DNA of 63,068 nt, counting the filler. It is 16 parts of 16 records of this genome, joined end to end, with 100 filler letters (N's around TTAATTAATTAA, not from the genome) between each part and the next. Parts side by side here need not be neighbours in the genome. Positions count along the whole stretch, not along the records: positions 27,783 to 32,676 come from SRR11831580_419; positions 32,777 to 37,006 come from SRR11831580_423; positions 37,107 to 43,149 come from SRR11831580_430; 13 more parts are not named here. The stretch is one strand, 5' to 3'. Every line of letters begins with the position of its first letter. The first letter of the stretch is position 1. A program made the translations under genes and the position numbers. Below are positions 27,817 to 42,241 of the stretch, one piece after another. The notes beneath the pieces are model-generated. The model searched no databases. It saw only the letters and a program-made list of their open reading frames with translations, and was not told the DNA's origin.

Positions 27817-28167
27817 TTATTCCACCACCGCCTGCAAGCGTAATAACGCCTCTTCCACCACCTCATCCGCAGCCAGACCAATACGCTTTGCCAGCCGGGC
27901 GTGTAGATCCATCATCCGCACCTGATTCACCAGCACCACGCCGTGCACATCGCCTTCTTCGCAATGTAAAGGAACGCTAAATCCGGCATAACGGGCAAAA
28001 TTTCCGCCCTGCGTAATGGGGGCCACCAGCGTCATTCCCAGTTGATTAAAGGCTTGAACGGAGAGCACAAGCGCAGGTCGACCAGCACCTTGCTGTTCAT
28101 GGCCGCTTGCTGGATCAAAGCCAACCAGCACAATGTCTCCCCGTTCAAATTCACTTTTCTTTACCAT
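27817..28167 (-). CDS. chpB: MazF-family mRNA interferase toxin
   Basis: FDPASGHEQQG..RPALVLS motif; 116 aa. Confidence 0.97.
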   Translation of the reverse strand: MVKKSEFERGDIVLVGFDPASGHEQQGAGRPALVLSVQAFNQLGMTLVAPITQGGNFARYAGFSVPLHCEEGDVHGVVLVNQVRMMDLHARLAKRIGLAADEVVEEALLRLQAVVE

Positions 28168-28412
28168 ATTTCGTCACCCGCAGGGGTGGATTTACCCCAG
28201 ACATCCTGCTCGCTAAGTTCCGCGGCGTTCATGTCACACTGTGCCAGCAGTTCATCAAGCGAGTAGCGCCTGGAGATGGGTGTCAGAATCAGTTGATTGT
28301 TGCTCACTTGCGCCTCCACGCTCTGCCCCGGCTGTAAGTTAAGTTCTTTCATTACGATATTGGGAATGACCATACCTGCACTGTTCCCCCATCTTTTTAT
28401 GGTAATACGCAT
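28161..28412 (-). CDS. chpS: MazE/AbrB-family antitoxin
   Basis: IKRWGNSAGMVIP and YSLDELL motifs; overlaps chpB; alternative GTG start at 28418. Confidence 0.96.
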   Translation of the reverse strand: MRITIKRWGNSAGMVIPNIVMKELNLQPGQSVEAQVSNNQLILTPISRRYSLDELLAQCDMNAAELSEQDVWGKSTPAGDEIW

Positions 28413-28585
28413 CTGCACCTCCTTAAGTTATACAAAGTATAACTCACGGTGCTACAGGAAACGTTTTACCCCTGCGCATTTGTGAATGCCAGCAGAGTTT
28501 TTTATGCGTTAATAGATATGGAAAGCGGCTCGGAGAGAAAAGCAAAAGGTGAGGGAATTACAAAACAGAATGCGAGTCGTCTCGC

Positions 28586-28613
28586 AAAAAACAACGCCAC
28601 CCGAAGGTGGCGT
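28586..28613 (-). terminator. Terminator after tamB-ytfP
   Basis: ACGCCACC-N4-GGTGGCGT stem followed by a T-rich tract on the minus strand. Confidence 0.8.
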
Positions 28614-28623
28614 ATGCATATGG

Positions 28624-28965
28624 TTACTTATCCCTGTCTAACCAGTCGCCGCTTTCAATTAGCTTTAATCCATCGACGGGTCGTTGATAAACGTACATCC
28701 ATGCACTCCCGTACGGCGTCTGAATCAACTGGCGCGCGTATTCACCGCCCCTGGTGCGCAAGGCATCAAGTTCGGCCAGCGTGGCGTTGTCAATACGATA
28801 AACTTCACCGTGTACCGTTCCGTTCCCCGGAACTGCGCCTGGATAGTGGCCCAGGCTATACAACTGGTAGTTATCGATACTGAAATCGCCCAGTAACTGG
28901 GCATTGGTCATCCAGTGACTGTTGCCTTGTTTGTGGCGTAAACTGCCGTAGACAAATATTCGCAT
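28624..28965 (-). CDS. ytfP: Gamma-glutamylcyclotransferase-fold protein
   Basis: IFVYGSLR and VHGEVY motifs; 113 aa. Confidence 0.95.
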   Translation of the reverse strand: MRIFVYGSLRHKQGNSHWMTNAQLLGDFSIDNYQLYSLGHYPGAVPGNGTVHGEVYRIDNATLAELDALRTRGGEYARQLIQTPYGSAWMYVYQRPVDGLKLIESGDWLDRDK

Positions 28966-28967
28966 TG

Positions 28968-32676
<3,709 letters not shown>

Positions 32677-32776
32677 NNNNNNNNNNNNNNNNNNNNNNNN
32701 NNNNNNNNNNNNNNNNNNNNTTAATTAATTAANNNNNNNNNNNNNNNNNNNNNNNNNNNNNNNNNNNNNNNNNNNN

Positions 32777-32848
32777 CGACGCTTGACGCGTCTTATCAGG
32801 CCTACAAGTCCCCAGGCCAGAACCGTAGGCAGGATCATCCGGCAACAC
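32777..32848. repeat. REP/BIME element at a contig end
   Basis: GACGC-TTGAC-GCGTCTTATCAGGCCTAC followed by a degenerate GTAGGCAGGAT...ATCCGGCA copy. Confidence 0.85.
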
Positions 32849-32849
32849 G

Positions 32850-33710
32850 TTATTGGCAATCTGCGTGAATGTTTGTCACCAGTGCCTCCAGCACCACTTT
32901 CCAGTCATCAACCACGCCAACATCTGCCTGTGAAAATACCGCAGCGCTGGCGTCATGATTAATCGCCACCACAAACTTGCTATTGCGTACGCCCGCCATT
33001 AACGCTGCTGCGCCAGAAGCGCCAACAACAATACACACCTCAGGTGCCAGCAGATGTCCGGAAATACCAATCACTTTTTCAGCATCAACGCCACCGTTCA
33101 TCACTCGCGCCCGACTGTAGCCCACTTCGGCTCCCAGCTTTTCTGCCAGCATAGCGATTTCCTGGTTATCTGCCTCTCCGCCCTGCCCCACCACCAGCAC
33201 CCGTCTGGCCTCAGCTAATGGGTCGCGGGTAACATTTTTCAGATCCTCTGTGCTAACCAGCCAGTCCGGAAGCGCACCCGGGACAATGTTCAGTTGTTGC
33301 ATTCCAGAGGGCAACGTGGCGTTTTTCGCTGCTCCCGCCTGACGCGCCAGGGAAAGGCATAGCGGGCGTTTTTCTGTTTGCAGCGTCGCCGTTAGCGCAT
33401 TTCCCCAGTGGGATTTGCGCACGCTTACGGTTGGAATATCTAACGAAGTCACCTGGCAGATGCTTGCACCATGTAAACGCCAGGCCAGCCGGGTCGACAG
33501 TTCATCGCCAAACGTTCCCGGCGGAAAGAGAACAACGTCCGCAGGCGTTCGCTGCCACTGTTCCACCAACGCATCCAGCACCTGTTCCGCCACTACAGGC
33601 TGAGGTTCAATCTGCCAGTGCGCCAGGGTACAACCGCTGAAATCCTGCGCCGCCAGCCAGCTTGCTATTGCGGCATTCTCCTGATTTATTGTCACAATTG
33701 CGATATTCAT
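32850..33710 (-). CDS. ygcQ: Electron transfer flavoprotein alpha-like subunit
   Basis: FixB/EtfA motifs VGYSR, IGISG and AINHD..AAVF. Confidence 0.92.
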   Translation of the reverse strand: MNIAIVTINQENAAIASWLAAQDFSGCTLAHWQIEPQPVVAEQVLDALVEQWQRTPADVVLFPPGTFGDELSTRLAWRLHGASICQVTSLDIPTVSVRKSHWGNALTATLQTEKRPLCLSLARQAGAAKNATLPSGMQQLNIVPGALPDWLVSTEDLKNVTRDPLAEARRVLVVGQGGEADNQEIAMLAEKLGAEVGYSRARVMNGGVDAEKVIGISGHLLAPEVCIVVGASGAAALMAGVRNSKFVVAINHDASAAVFSQADVGVVDDWKVVLEALVTNIHADCQ

Positions 33711-34486
33711 GGCTGCATCCTTTGGCGTAAATAGTCCTGCCATAGCTTTTGAGCTTTTTCTGCTACCGTTTGCCCATCAATCAGCGTCGCTCCGCGTCGT
33801 TGCTCTGCTCTTGCCAGTTGCAGACACTGCATCGCTGGCATTTCGGCAGCAACAGTTTTACGGATAATTTCTGCTTTCCCCGCAGCCATTCGCTGGCGCA
33901 TTCCCGGTACTGGCAAGGCCACTTCACCGCACTGACGCACGGCAATCACCGCAGGCAAGCGAACCCGGCAACAACGCAACCCATGTTCAGTACGCTGTTC
34001 GAGGGTGATAAACAGCGCGTCGAGAGTGAAACGCTCCACCTGGGTGAAGCAGGGCCAGCCCAGCATTTCCGCCAGCAAAAATGGCGTTTGCCCATTCTGC
34101 CCTTCGCTGCTTTGGCAGCCGGTAATTATCAGATCCAGCGGATTCTGATGCTGCCATTCGGCAATATGGCGAGCGACAAATTCCGGCGCAAAGCGCAGAT
34201 CTGCCGCCGTCTCCAGCAATACAGCTTCCTCAAACCCAAGAGCCATGAGATAGCGCAGCCAGTGCAATGCCCGTTCATCCCCCATGCTCAACGCGGTTAA
34301 AGACATCGGCGTACCGTTTTTTCTCTGCGCCAACAGCAGCGCGGCAGCGGCCTGTTCATCAGCACCGAGTAAACTTCGCAGTAGCGAAATATCCGGTCCG
34401 CTTTTACCCTGAGCCGCCGCCTGCCACTCTTTTTCCGCCAGCATTCCGGCATCCGGTTCGGCTTTAAACGCTAACAGAATGTTCAT
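33707..34486 (-). CDS. ygcR: Electron transfer flavoprotein beta-like subunit
   Basis: MNILLAFK start and DLIITGCQSSEG (FixA/EtfB-like). Confidence 0.92.
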   Translation of the reverse strand: MNILLAFKAEPDAGMLAEKEWQAAAQGKSGPDISLLRSLLGADEQAAAALLLAQRKNGTPMSLTALSMGDERALHWLRYLMALGFEEAVLLETAADLRFAPEFVARHIAEWQHQNPLDLIITGCQSSEGQNGQTPFLLAEMLGWPCFTQVERFTLDALFITLEQRTEHGLRCCRVRLPAVIAVRQCGEVALPVPGMRQRMAAGKAEIIRKTVAAEMPAMQCLQLARAEQRRGATLIDGQTVAEKAQKLWQDYLRQRMQP

Positions 34487-35801
34487 TCGCACCTCCTACA
34501 TTTCCCGCCGCCACCAGCGGGAGGGCTTTAGTTTCTGGTGCCCATAGCCAGGTCACAACAAAACCAACCAACAACACTGTCGCCAGGAGCAATAAGGTGA
34601 CTTGCATTCCCCACTGCGCCAGCACCCACGGCAGCAGGCCAGTACTTACCGCCGCGCCAAGTCGACTCATGGCAGTGGCAAAACCGACGCCCAGCGAGCG
34701 AATGTCAGTAGGAAAACTTTCCGCAGGCAAAATGCCCACCAGATTACTGACTGCCGAAATGGTGGTGCTGAAGAGAACAAAAAGCAGCAGCGTTAATGAA
34801 CTGCCGGAAGGCAAACAGGCCATGACTACCAGCGTTGCCGCCAGCAGCAAAAAACTTCCCAGCAAAAATTTGCGATGTGCCAGCAGGTGCGTCAGAACTA
34901 ATCCCAGCAGCGCGCCCACAATTAACAACGCATTAAGCATCAGGCTGGCAGTCAGCGCATCTTCCAGACCAATAGTCTGGGCGATAGTTGGCAGCCAGGT
35001 ATAAATCACAAACCATGGGATTACGAGGCAGACAAAGAAGACGCTGTTAAACGCCGTGCGCCGCCAGTAACGCGAAGAGAACAAGGTTTTGATGTGTTTA
35101 TGGGTCGCCGTTACCACTTCATCGCCCAGTAAAACATGGGGACCAAAATAGCGATGCACGATAGCGTGAGCTTCTGCAAAACGCCCCTGGCGCAGTAGCC
35201 AGCGTGGTGATTCTGGCGTTCCCCAGCGTAATAACGTAATCAACAACGCGGGCAGAGCTGCCGATGCCAGTAGCCAGCGCCAGGCCTCCGGGTTTTCGGA
35301 AATAAAGTGATGTCCGGCAATACTTGCCAGCACATAGCCTACGGTCCACACCACGCTGAATGCGCCCAGCAAAATACCGCGATGGCGGCGCGGGGAAAAT
35401 TCAGCCAGCAAGGTGTGACCTACTGAATAATCGCCTCCCAGACCAATGCCAATCAAAATGCGCAGTCCAATAAGATGCTCTGGCGTGGTGGCAAAAAATT
35501 GTAAAAACGAAGCAAGCGTAATCAGCAAAAAGCTGAAGGTGAAGATTTTTTGCCGACCAATATGGTCGGAGATCCACCCAAGAACCAGGCTGCCAAGGAA
35601 CAAACCAAGGAGCGCCGAGCCGCCGATCATTCCCGCCATAAACGGCGTCAGTTGCATGGCGGGCGTAAGCTGAATAATGGCGTAACCAATGACGCCGAGA
35701 ACATAACCGTCGGTCAGGTGTGCGCCGAAAGTGAGCGCAGCAATGCGGCAGTGAAAACGGTTAAGCGGTAAATCATCCATTCGCACCGGTGAAGTGTTCA
35801 T
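34464..35801 (-). CDS. ygcS: MFS (sugar-porter-like) transporter
   Basis: SDHIGRQ, PESPRWL and ESFPT..R motifs; start could be as far upstream as 35873. Confidence 0.92.
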   Translation of the reverse strand: MNTSPVRMDDLPLNRFHCRIAALTFGAHLTDGYVLGVIGYAIIQLTPAMQLTPFMAGMIGGSALLGLFLGSLVLGWISDHIGRQKIFTFSFLLITLASFLQFFATTPEHLIGLRILIGIGLGGDYSVGHTLLAEFSPRRHRGILLGAFSVVWTVGYVLASIAGHHFISENPEAWRWLLASAALPALLITLLRWGTPESPRWLLRQGRFAEAHAIVHRYFGPHVLLGDEVVTATHKHIKTLFSSRYWRRTAFNSVFFVCLVIPWFVIYTWLPTIAQTIGLEDALTASLMLNALLIVGALLGLVLTHLLAHRKFLLGSFLLLAATLVVMACLPSGSSLTLLLFVLFSTTISAVSNLVGILPAESFPTDIRSLGVGFATAMSRLGAAVSTGLLPWVLAQWGMQVTLLLLATVLLVGFVVTWLWAPETKALPLVAAGNVGGANEHSVSV

Positions 35802-35894
35802 CTTTACCCCTTCATTGTCCGGTAATAAGAACGGCTTCTCGCCTGAGAAGCCGAAAAGGCAACGCCCCGTCATCGCGGAACGCTGCCTGACACA

Positions 35895-37006
35895 TTATTT
35901 TTCAATCGGATAGATAGTACCCGTATTCATAATGCCATTAGGATCGAACTGCTTTTTCAGCCCTTCCAGCAACGCCCACGCGCTGCCGTGTTCCAGTTTG
36001 CTCCAGTGAACGCGATGTTTACCGATACCGTGGTGGTGCACCATCGAACCGCCGAGGCGAATGGTTTCTTCACAGATGATCTTGTTGAGCGGATTGTGGT
36101 ACTTGTCGATTTCCTCTTCCGGCTTACAGTCAACGACGTTGTAATCGTAGACGAAGTACATGTTGGTGCCGTTCTGATAGCTATGAGAGGAATGACCGCC
36201 CAGCATGGTGATGTCGTCGGCGTGCGGGAACTCAGTACGAATACGGTTAATAACGCTTTCGTAGATTTCGTGGATGCAGCTCCAGCAGCCGGATACTTCG
36301 GTGGTAAAGCCCATGTTGCCGGTTTTGAGGATCTGCACACGTTCGGCAGCCACTTTATCCGGTCCCCAGTTCAGGTTGTTAAACCAGGTTTCGATCAGCT
36401 TGCTGTCCACGCGCTGGCATTGCGGGTAGCGGGCAACGATTTCCGCAATCCCTTCGCCCGTCACCTTCGCAATGCGAGGGTTACCTTCAGCCATAAAGAT
36501 CAGCACGCATTTTCCGTCGGCAAAATGGGTGAAGTGTTGGGTGCCATCTTCAGCGTCATACAAACGAGCGATTGACGGACGATACCCTTCCACCATGATT
36601 TCACGCAGGATGTTGAAGCCGGTTTTCATGTCTTCCAGGATATAGCCGTAGAAGAGGTTGTTTTCCGGGGTGAATTTAAAGATTTTCACTGTTACTTCAG
36701 TGATATAGCACAATGCACCTTCGTTGCCGATGATGATGTGACGAATGTCCGGGCCAGCCGCGCGGCGTGGCACGTTTTTAATGCGTGTGACGGTGCCATC
36801 AGCCAATACTGCTTCCAGACCAACGACCATATCTTCGATTGCGCCGTAGAGTGTGGAGAACTGCCCGATACTTCGGGTTGCTACCAGGCCGCCCATCTGC
36901 GCCAGCGGCTTTGACTGCGGAGAATGCCCCGTGGTGTAACCTTTTTCACGCAACGCGTTTTCCAGCACTTCCAGCGGAACACCACATTGCGCCGTCGCCT
37001 GCATAT
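35895..37006 (-). CDS. ygcU: FAD-linked oxidoreductase (VAO/alkyl-DHAP synthase family), 5' truncated
   Basis: GHSPQS, GNEGALC, HHHGIG and FDPNGIMN motifs. Confidence 0.92.
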
Positions 37007-37106
37007 NNNNNNNNNNNNNNNNNNNNNNNNNNNNNNNNNNNNNNNNNNNNTTAATTAATTAANNNNNNNNNNNNNNNNNNNNNNNNNNNNNNNNNNNNNN
37101 NNNNNN

Positions 37107-37131
37107 GCATACATTATACGAAGTTATACGA
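37107..37131. other. 454 Titanium paired-end linker remnant (partial loxP)
   Basis: GCATACATTATACGAAGTTATACGA = loxP spacer, one arm and ACGA, exactly at a contig start. Confidence 0.93.
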
Positions 37132-37193
37132 GATGTTGAACATATATTCACATTAAATATGATTATGTACTTGTTACAAGGATAAGGTTATAT

Positions 37194-37778
37194 ATGAATA
37201 AAGTTACAAAAACAGCTATTGCGGGCTTACTTGCGCTTTTCGCAGGTAATGCCGCTGCAACCGATGGTGAAATAGTTTTTGATGGCGAGATTTTAAAATC
37301 CGCTTGTGAAATCAATGACTCTGATAAGAAAATTGAAGTTGCTCTTGGTCACTATAATGCCGAACAGTTTCGTAATATTGGCGAGCGTAGCCCAAAAATT
37401 CCATTCACTATTCCTTTAGTTAACTGCCCAATGACTGGGTGGGAGCACGATAACGGCAACGTTGAAGCGTCTTTCCGTCTATGGCTGGAAACGCGAGATA
37501 ATGGCACCGTCCCTAACTTCCCTAATCTGGCAAAAGTAGGCTCTTTTGCTGGCATAGCGGCAACAGGTGTGGGTATCCGTATTGACGATGCGGAAAGCGG
37601 AAACATTATGCCACTGAATGCTATGGGCAATGATAACACGGTTTATCAGATCCCGGCGGAATCCAATGGTATTGTCAATGTTGACCTCATCGCTTACTAC
37701 GTATCAACCGTAGTTCCATCAGAAATCACCCCAGGGGAAGCAGACGCTATCGTTAACGTAACGCTGGATTACCGTTAA
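37194..37778 (+). CDS. yraH: Chaperone-usher major fimbrial subunit
   Basis: Signal peptide, Cys pair, GVGIRI motif and penultimate Tyr. Confidence 0.95.
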   Translation: MNKVTKTAIAGLLALFAGNAAATDGEIVFDGEILKSACEINDSDKKIEVALGHYNAEQFRNIGERSPKIPFTIPLVNCPMTGWEHDNGNVEASFRLWLETRDNGTVPNFPNLAKVGSFAGIAATGVGIRIDDAESGNIMPLNAMGNDNTVYQIPAESNGIVNVDLIAYYVSTVVPSEITPGEADAIVNVTLDYR

Positions 37779-37784
37779 TACGTT

Positions 37785-37819
37785 AGGGCGTTATCTGACC
37801 TGTCAGATAACGCCCTTTT
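37785..37819 (+). terminator. Strong hairpin between yraH and yraI
   Basis: AGGGCGTTATCTGAC-CT-GTCAGATAACGCCCT followed by TTT. Confidence 0.75.
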
Positions 37820-37857
37820 CCTTCCTCTTTCTCGTTGTATCAGGTTGAAAAATAACT

Positions 37858-38553
37858 ATGTCAAAACGAACATTCGCGGTGATATTAACCTTGTTGTGTA
37901 GCTTCTGTATTGGCCAGGCGCTTGCAGGAGGAATCGTTTTACAGCGAACGCGAGTGATCTATGATGCCAGCCGCAAAGAGGCTGCGTTACCTGTCGCAAA
38001 CAAAGGCGCAGAAACGCCTTATTTACTGCAATCATGGGTAGATAATATAGATGGTAAAAGCCGTGCCCCATTTATTATAACCCCACCGCTATTTCGTCTT
38101 GAGGCTGGCGATGACTCATCACTGCGAATTATTAAAACAGCTGATAACCTGCCTGAAAATAAAGAGTCGCTGTTCTACATTAATGTTCGTGCCATTCCAG
38201 CAAAGAAAAAATCAGATGATGTTAATGCTAACGAGTTGACGCTGGTATTTAAAACACGGATCAAAATGTTTTATCGCCCCGCACACCTGAAGGGACGGGT
38301 AAACGATGCGTGGAAATCACTGGAATTTAAACGTAGTGACCATTCACTCAATATATATAACCCAACTGAATATTACGTCGTATTTGCCGGACTGGCAGTC
38401 GATAAAACCGATCTCACAAGCAAAATTGAATATATCGCGCCCGGAGAACATAAACAGTTACCACTTCCTGCATCTGGCGGAAAGAACGTGAAATGGGCTG
38501 CGATCAATGATTATGGCGGCAGTTCCGGGACAGAAACTCGTCCACTGCAATAA
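37858..38553 (+). CDS. yraI: Fimbrial chaperone (PapD family)
   Basis: TRVIY, TPPLFRL, KESLF, KMFYRP and INDYG motifs. Confidence 0.96.
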
Positions 38554-38581
38554 AAAATATAAAAACACAGGTCATCAGGGA

Positions 38582-41097
38582 ATGCCACAACGACACCACC
38601 AGGGACATAAACGCACACCGAAACAGTTGGCGCTCATCATCAAACGTTGTTTGCCGATGGTGCTCACTGGCAGCGGCATGCTTTGCACTACCGCTAACGC
38701 CGAAGAGTATTATTTCGACCCCATTATGCTGGAAACCACAAAAAGTGGTATGCAAACAACCGATCTGTCGCGTTTTTCAAAAAAATATGCACAACTACCA
38801 GGAACTTATCAGGTTGATATCTGGCTGAATAAAAAGAAGGTTTCACAGAAAAAATTACATTTACCGCCAATGCAGAGCAACTTCTGCAGCCACAGTTTAC
38901 GGTAGAACAACTACGTGAGCTGGGTATTAAGGTGGATGAAATCCCGGCGCTGGCTGAAAAAGATGACGATAGCGTGATCAACTCGCTTGAACAAATCATT
39001 CCCGGTACAGCTGCTGAATTTGATTTCAATCATCAGCAACTTAATTTGAGCATTCCCCAAATTGCACTGTACCGTGATGCAAGAGGTTACGTCTCCCCTT
39101 CTCGTTGGGACGATGGTATACCAACGCTGTTTACCAACTACTCGTTTACAGGTTCTGATAACCGTTACCGCCAGGGCAATCGTAGCCAACGACAGTACCT
39201 GAATATGCAAAATGGTGCTAATTTTGGCCCCTGGCGATTACGCAACTATTCCACATGGACACGCAACGATCAGACATCAAGCTGGAATACCATCAGTAGT
39301 TATTTACAACGTGATATCAAGGCGTTGAAGTCTCAGTTGCTTCTGGGAGAAAGCGCCACCAGCGGCAGTATTTTTTCCAGCTACACCTTTACTGGCGTGC
39401 AACTCGCTTCCGACGATAATATGTTGCCAAACAGCCAGCGCGGATTTGCCCCAACGGTACGCGGTATCGCAAACAGTAGTGCAATCGTGACTATCAGGCA
39501 AAATGGTTATGTGATCTATCAAAGCAACGTGTCAGCGGGTGCCTTTGAAATTAACGATCTCTACCCCTCTTCCAACAGCGGCGATTTAGAAGTCACGATT
39601 GAAGAAAGTGACGGTACACAACGTCGCTTTATCCAGCCTTATTCTTCATTACCCATGATGCAGCGACCTGGGCATCTAAAGTATAGCGCGACCGCTGGAC
39701 GCTATCGCGCTGATGCAAACAGTGATAGCAAGGAACCCGAATTTGCTGAAGCCACGGCAATATATGGTTTGAATAATACTTTTACGCTGTATGGCGGCCT
39801 GCTCGGTTCTGAAGATTATTATGCGCTGGGGATCGGTATCGGCGGCACACTTGGCGCACTGGGCGCGTTGTCGATGGATATCAACAGAGCTGACACCCAA
39901 TTCGATAACCAGCACTCTTTTCATGGCTATCAATGGCGTACGCAGTACATCAAAGATATCCCGGAAACCAACACCAATATCGCTGTCAGCTACTATCGCT
40001 ATACCAACGATGGCTATTTTAGTTTTAATGAAGCCAATACCCGCAATTGGGACTATAACAGTCGCCAAAAAAGTGAAATTCAATTCAACATCAGCCAGAC
40101 AATATTTGATGGGGTAAGTCTGTATGCCTCCGGTTCGCAGCAAGACTATTGGGGCAATAACGATAAAAACAGGAATATCTCTGTTGGGGTTTCCGGCCAG
40201 CAATGGGGAGTTGGTTACAGCCTGAATTATCAATACAGCCGCTACACTGATCAAAATAATGACCGCGCACTCTCTTTGAATCTCAGTATTCCGTTAGAAC
40301 GCTGGTTACCGCGTAGCCGGGTTTCCTATCAGATGACCAGCCAGAAAGATCGCCCAACCCAACATGAAATGCGTCTTGATGGCTCACTGCTGGATGATGG
40401 TCGCCTGAGCTATAGCCTGGAACAAAGTCTGGATGACGATAACAACCATAACAGTAGCCTGAACGCCAGTTACCGTTCACCTTATGGCACCTTCAGTGCC
40501 GGATACAGCTACGGTAATGACAGCAGCCAATACAATTACGGCGTTACCGGCGGCGTGGTTATCCATCCTCATGGCGTGACGCTCTCGCAATATCTGGGCA
40601 ACGCTTTTGCGCTTATCGATGCTAACGGAGCATCTGGCGTGAGGATACAAAACTATCCGGGGATTGCTACCGATCCTTTTGGCTATGCAGTGGTTCCTTA
40701 TCTCACAACTTATCAGGAAAACCGTCTCTCGGTAGATACTACGCAGCTGCCCGATAACGTCGATCTTGAACAAACAACACAGTTTGTGGTGCCCAACAGA
40801 GGTGCAATGGTAGCGGCGCGTTTCAACGCCAATATCGGTTATCGCGTACTTGTTACAGTCAGCGATCGCAACGGTAAACCGTTGCCCTTTGGCGCTCTTG
40901 CCAGCAACGATGATACGGGGCAACAAAGTATCGTCGATGAGGGCGGCATACTATATCTCTCTGGGATATCGAGTAAATCACAAAGCTGGACTGTACGCTG
41001 GGGAAATCAGGCAGATCAACAATGTCAGTTTGCTTTCAGTACACCGGATTCAGAACCTACAACCTCTGTATTACAAGGCACAGCGCAGTGCCATTAA
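38582..41097 (+). CDS. yraJ: Fimbrial usher; -1 frameshift in the A-run at 38849-38854
   Basis: The N-terminus (YYFDP, PGTYQVDIWLN) and the usher body (WDDGIP, GPWRLR) are in different frames; span is 2516 nt, one short of a codon multiple. Confidence 0.95.
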
Positions 41098-41107
41098 GGA
41101 TAAAAAA

Positions 41108-42199
41108 ATGAAAAGAGCGCCTCTTATAACAGGTCTTTTGTTGATATCCACATCCTGCGCTTATGCCTCCTCAGGAGGGTGTGGAGCCGACAGCACTAGC
41201 GGTGCGACAAATTACAGCAGTGTGGTTGATGATGTTACGGTGAACCAGACAGATAACGTGACAGGACGGGAGTTTACCTCTGCAACGCTAAGTAGCACTA
41301 ACTGGCAATACGCCTGTTCCTGCTCTGCGGGTAAGGCAGTTAAACTTGTCTATATGGTCAGCCCCGTACTTACCACCACTGGACATCAGACAGGATATTA
41401 CAAACTCAATGACAGCCTGGATATTAAAACCACATTACAGGCAAACGACATTCCAGGACTCACAACCGACCAGGTTGTCTCTGTTAACACCCGATTCACA
41501 CAGATAAAAAACAACACGGTATATTCTGCTGCAACCCAAACGGGTGTTTGCCAGGGTGATACGTCTCGTTATGGACCCGTTAATATTGGTGCGAACACCA
41601 CCTTTACCCTGTATGTCACCAAGCCATTTCTCGGCTCGATGACCATTCCGAAAACGGATATTGCCGTCATTAAAGGCGCGTGGGTCGATGGAATGGGAAG
41701 CCCGTCTACAGGTGACTTCCATGATTTAGTCAAGTTATCGATTCAGGGAAATCTCACCGCCCCACAGTCGTGCAAAATTAATCAGGGCGATGTTATTAAG
41801 GTTAATTTTGGATTCATCAATGGTCAGAAGTTTACCACCCGCAATGCCATGCCAGACGGTTTTACTCCAGTAGACTTTGATATCACTTATGACTGTGGTG
41901 ATACTTCAAAGATTAAAAACTCGTTGCAAATGCGCATCGACGGTACAACTGGGGTAGTAGACCAGTACAACCTGGTCGCCAGGCGAAGAAGTTCAGACAA
42001 TGTGCCCGATGTCGGTATTCGTATTGAAAATCTCGGCGGCGGAGTTGCAAATATTCCTTTTCAGAACGGTATCCTTCCTGTTGATCCTTCCGGGCATGGC
42101 ACCGTCAATATGCGCGCCTGGCCAGTTAATCTGGTCGGTGGTGAGCTGGAAACAGGAAAATTTCAGGGCACAGCCACCATTACCGTCATCGTGCGGTAA
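41108..42199 (+). CDS. yraK: Fimbrial tip adhesin
   Basis: ATG at 41108 after AAGGA gives 363 aa; signal peptide plus lectin and pilin domains (APQSCKIN). Confidence 0.93.
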   Translation: MKRAPLITGLLLISTSCAYASSGGCGADSTSGATNYSSVVDDVTVNQTDNVTGREFTSATLSSTNWQYACSCSAGKAVKLVYMVSPVLTTTGHQTGYYKLNDSLDIKTTLQANDIPGLTTDQVVSVNTRFTQIKNNTVYSAATQTGVCQGDTSRYGPVNIGANTTFTLYVTKPFLGSMTIPKTDIAVIKGAWVDGMGSPSTGDFHDLVKLSIQGNLTAPQSCKINQGDVIKVNFGFINGQKFTTRNAMPDGFTPVDFDITYDCGDTSKIKNSLQMRIDGTTGVVDQYNLVARRRSSDNVPDVGIRIENLGGGVANIPFQNGILPVDPSGHGTVNMRAWPVNLVGGELETGKFQGTATITVIVR

Positions 42200-42241
42200 A
42201 AGAAGACGTTGCGTTTTGATTAACGCAACGCTTCGGCACTG

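Noticed and set aside
27817..28412. chpSB (and fic/yhfG) as part of a defence island
   Set aside because: Each sits at its normal chromosomal position on a separate contig; no mobile-element or defence context
28449..28883. 144-aa ORF antisense to ytfP
   Set aside because: Overlaps ytfP and its terminator and has no motif; likely spurious
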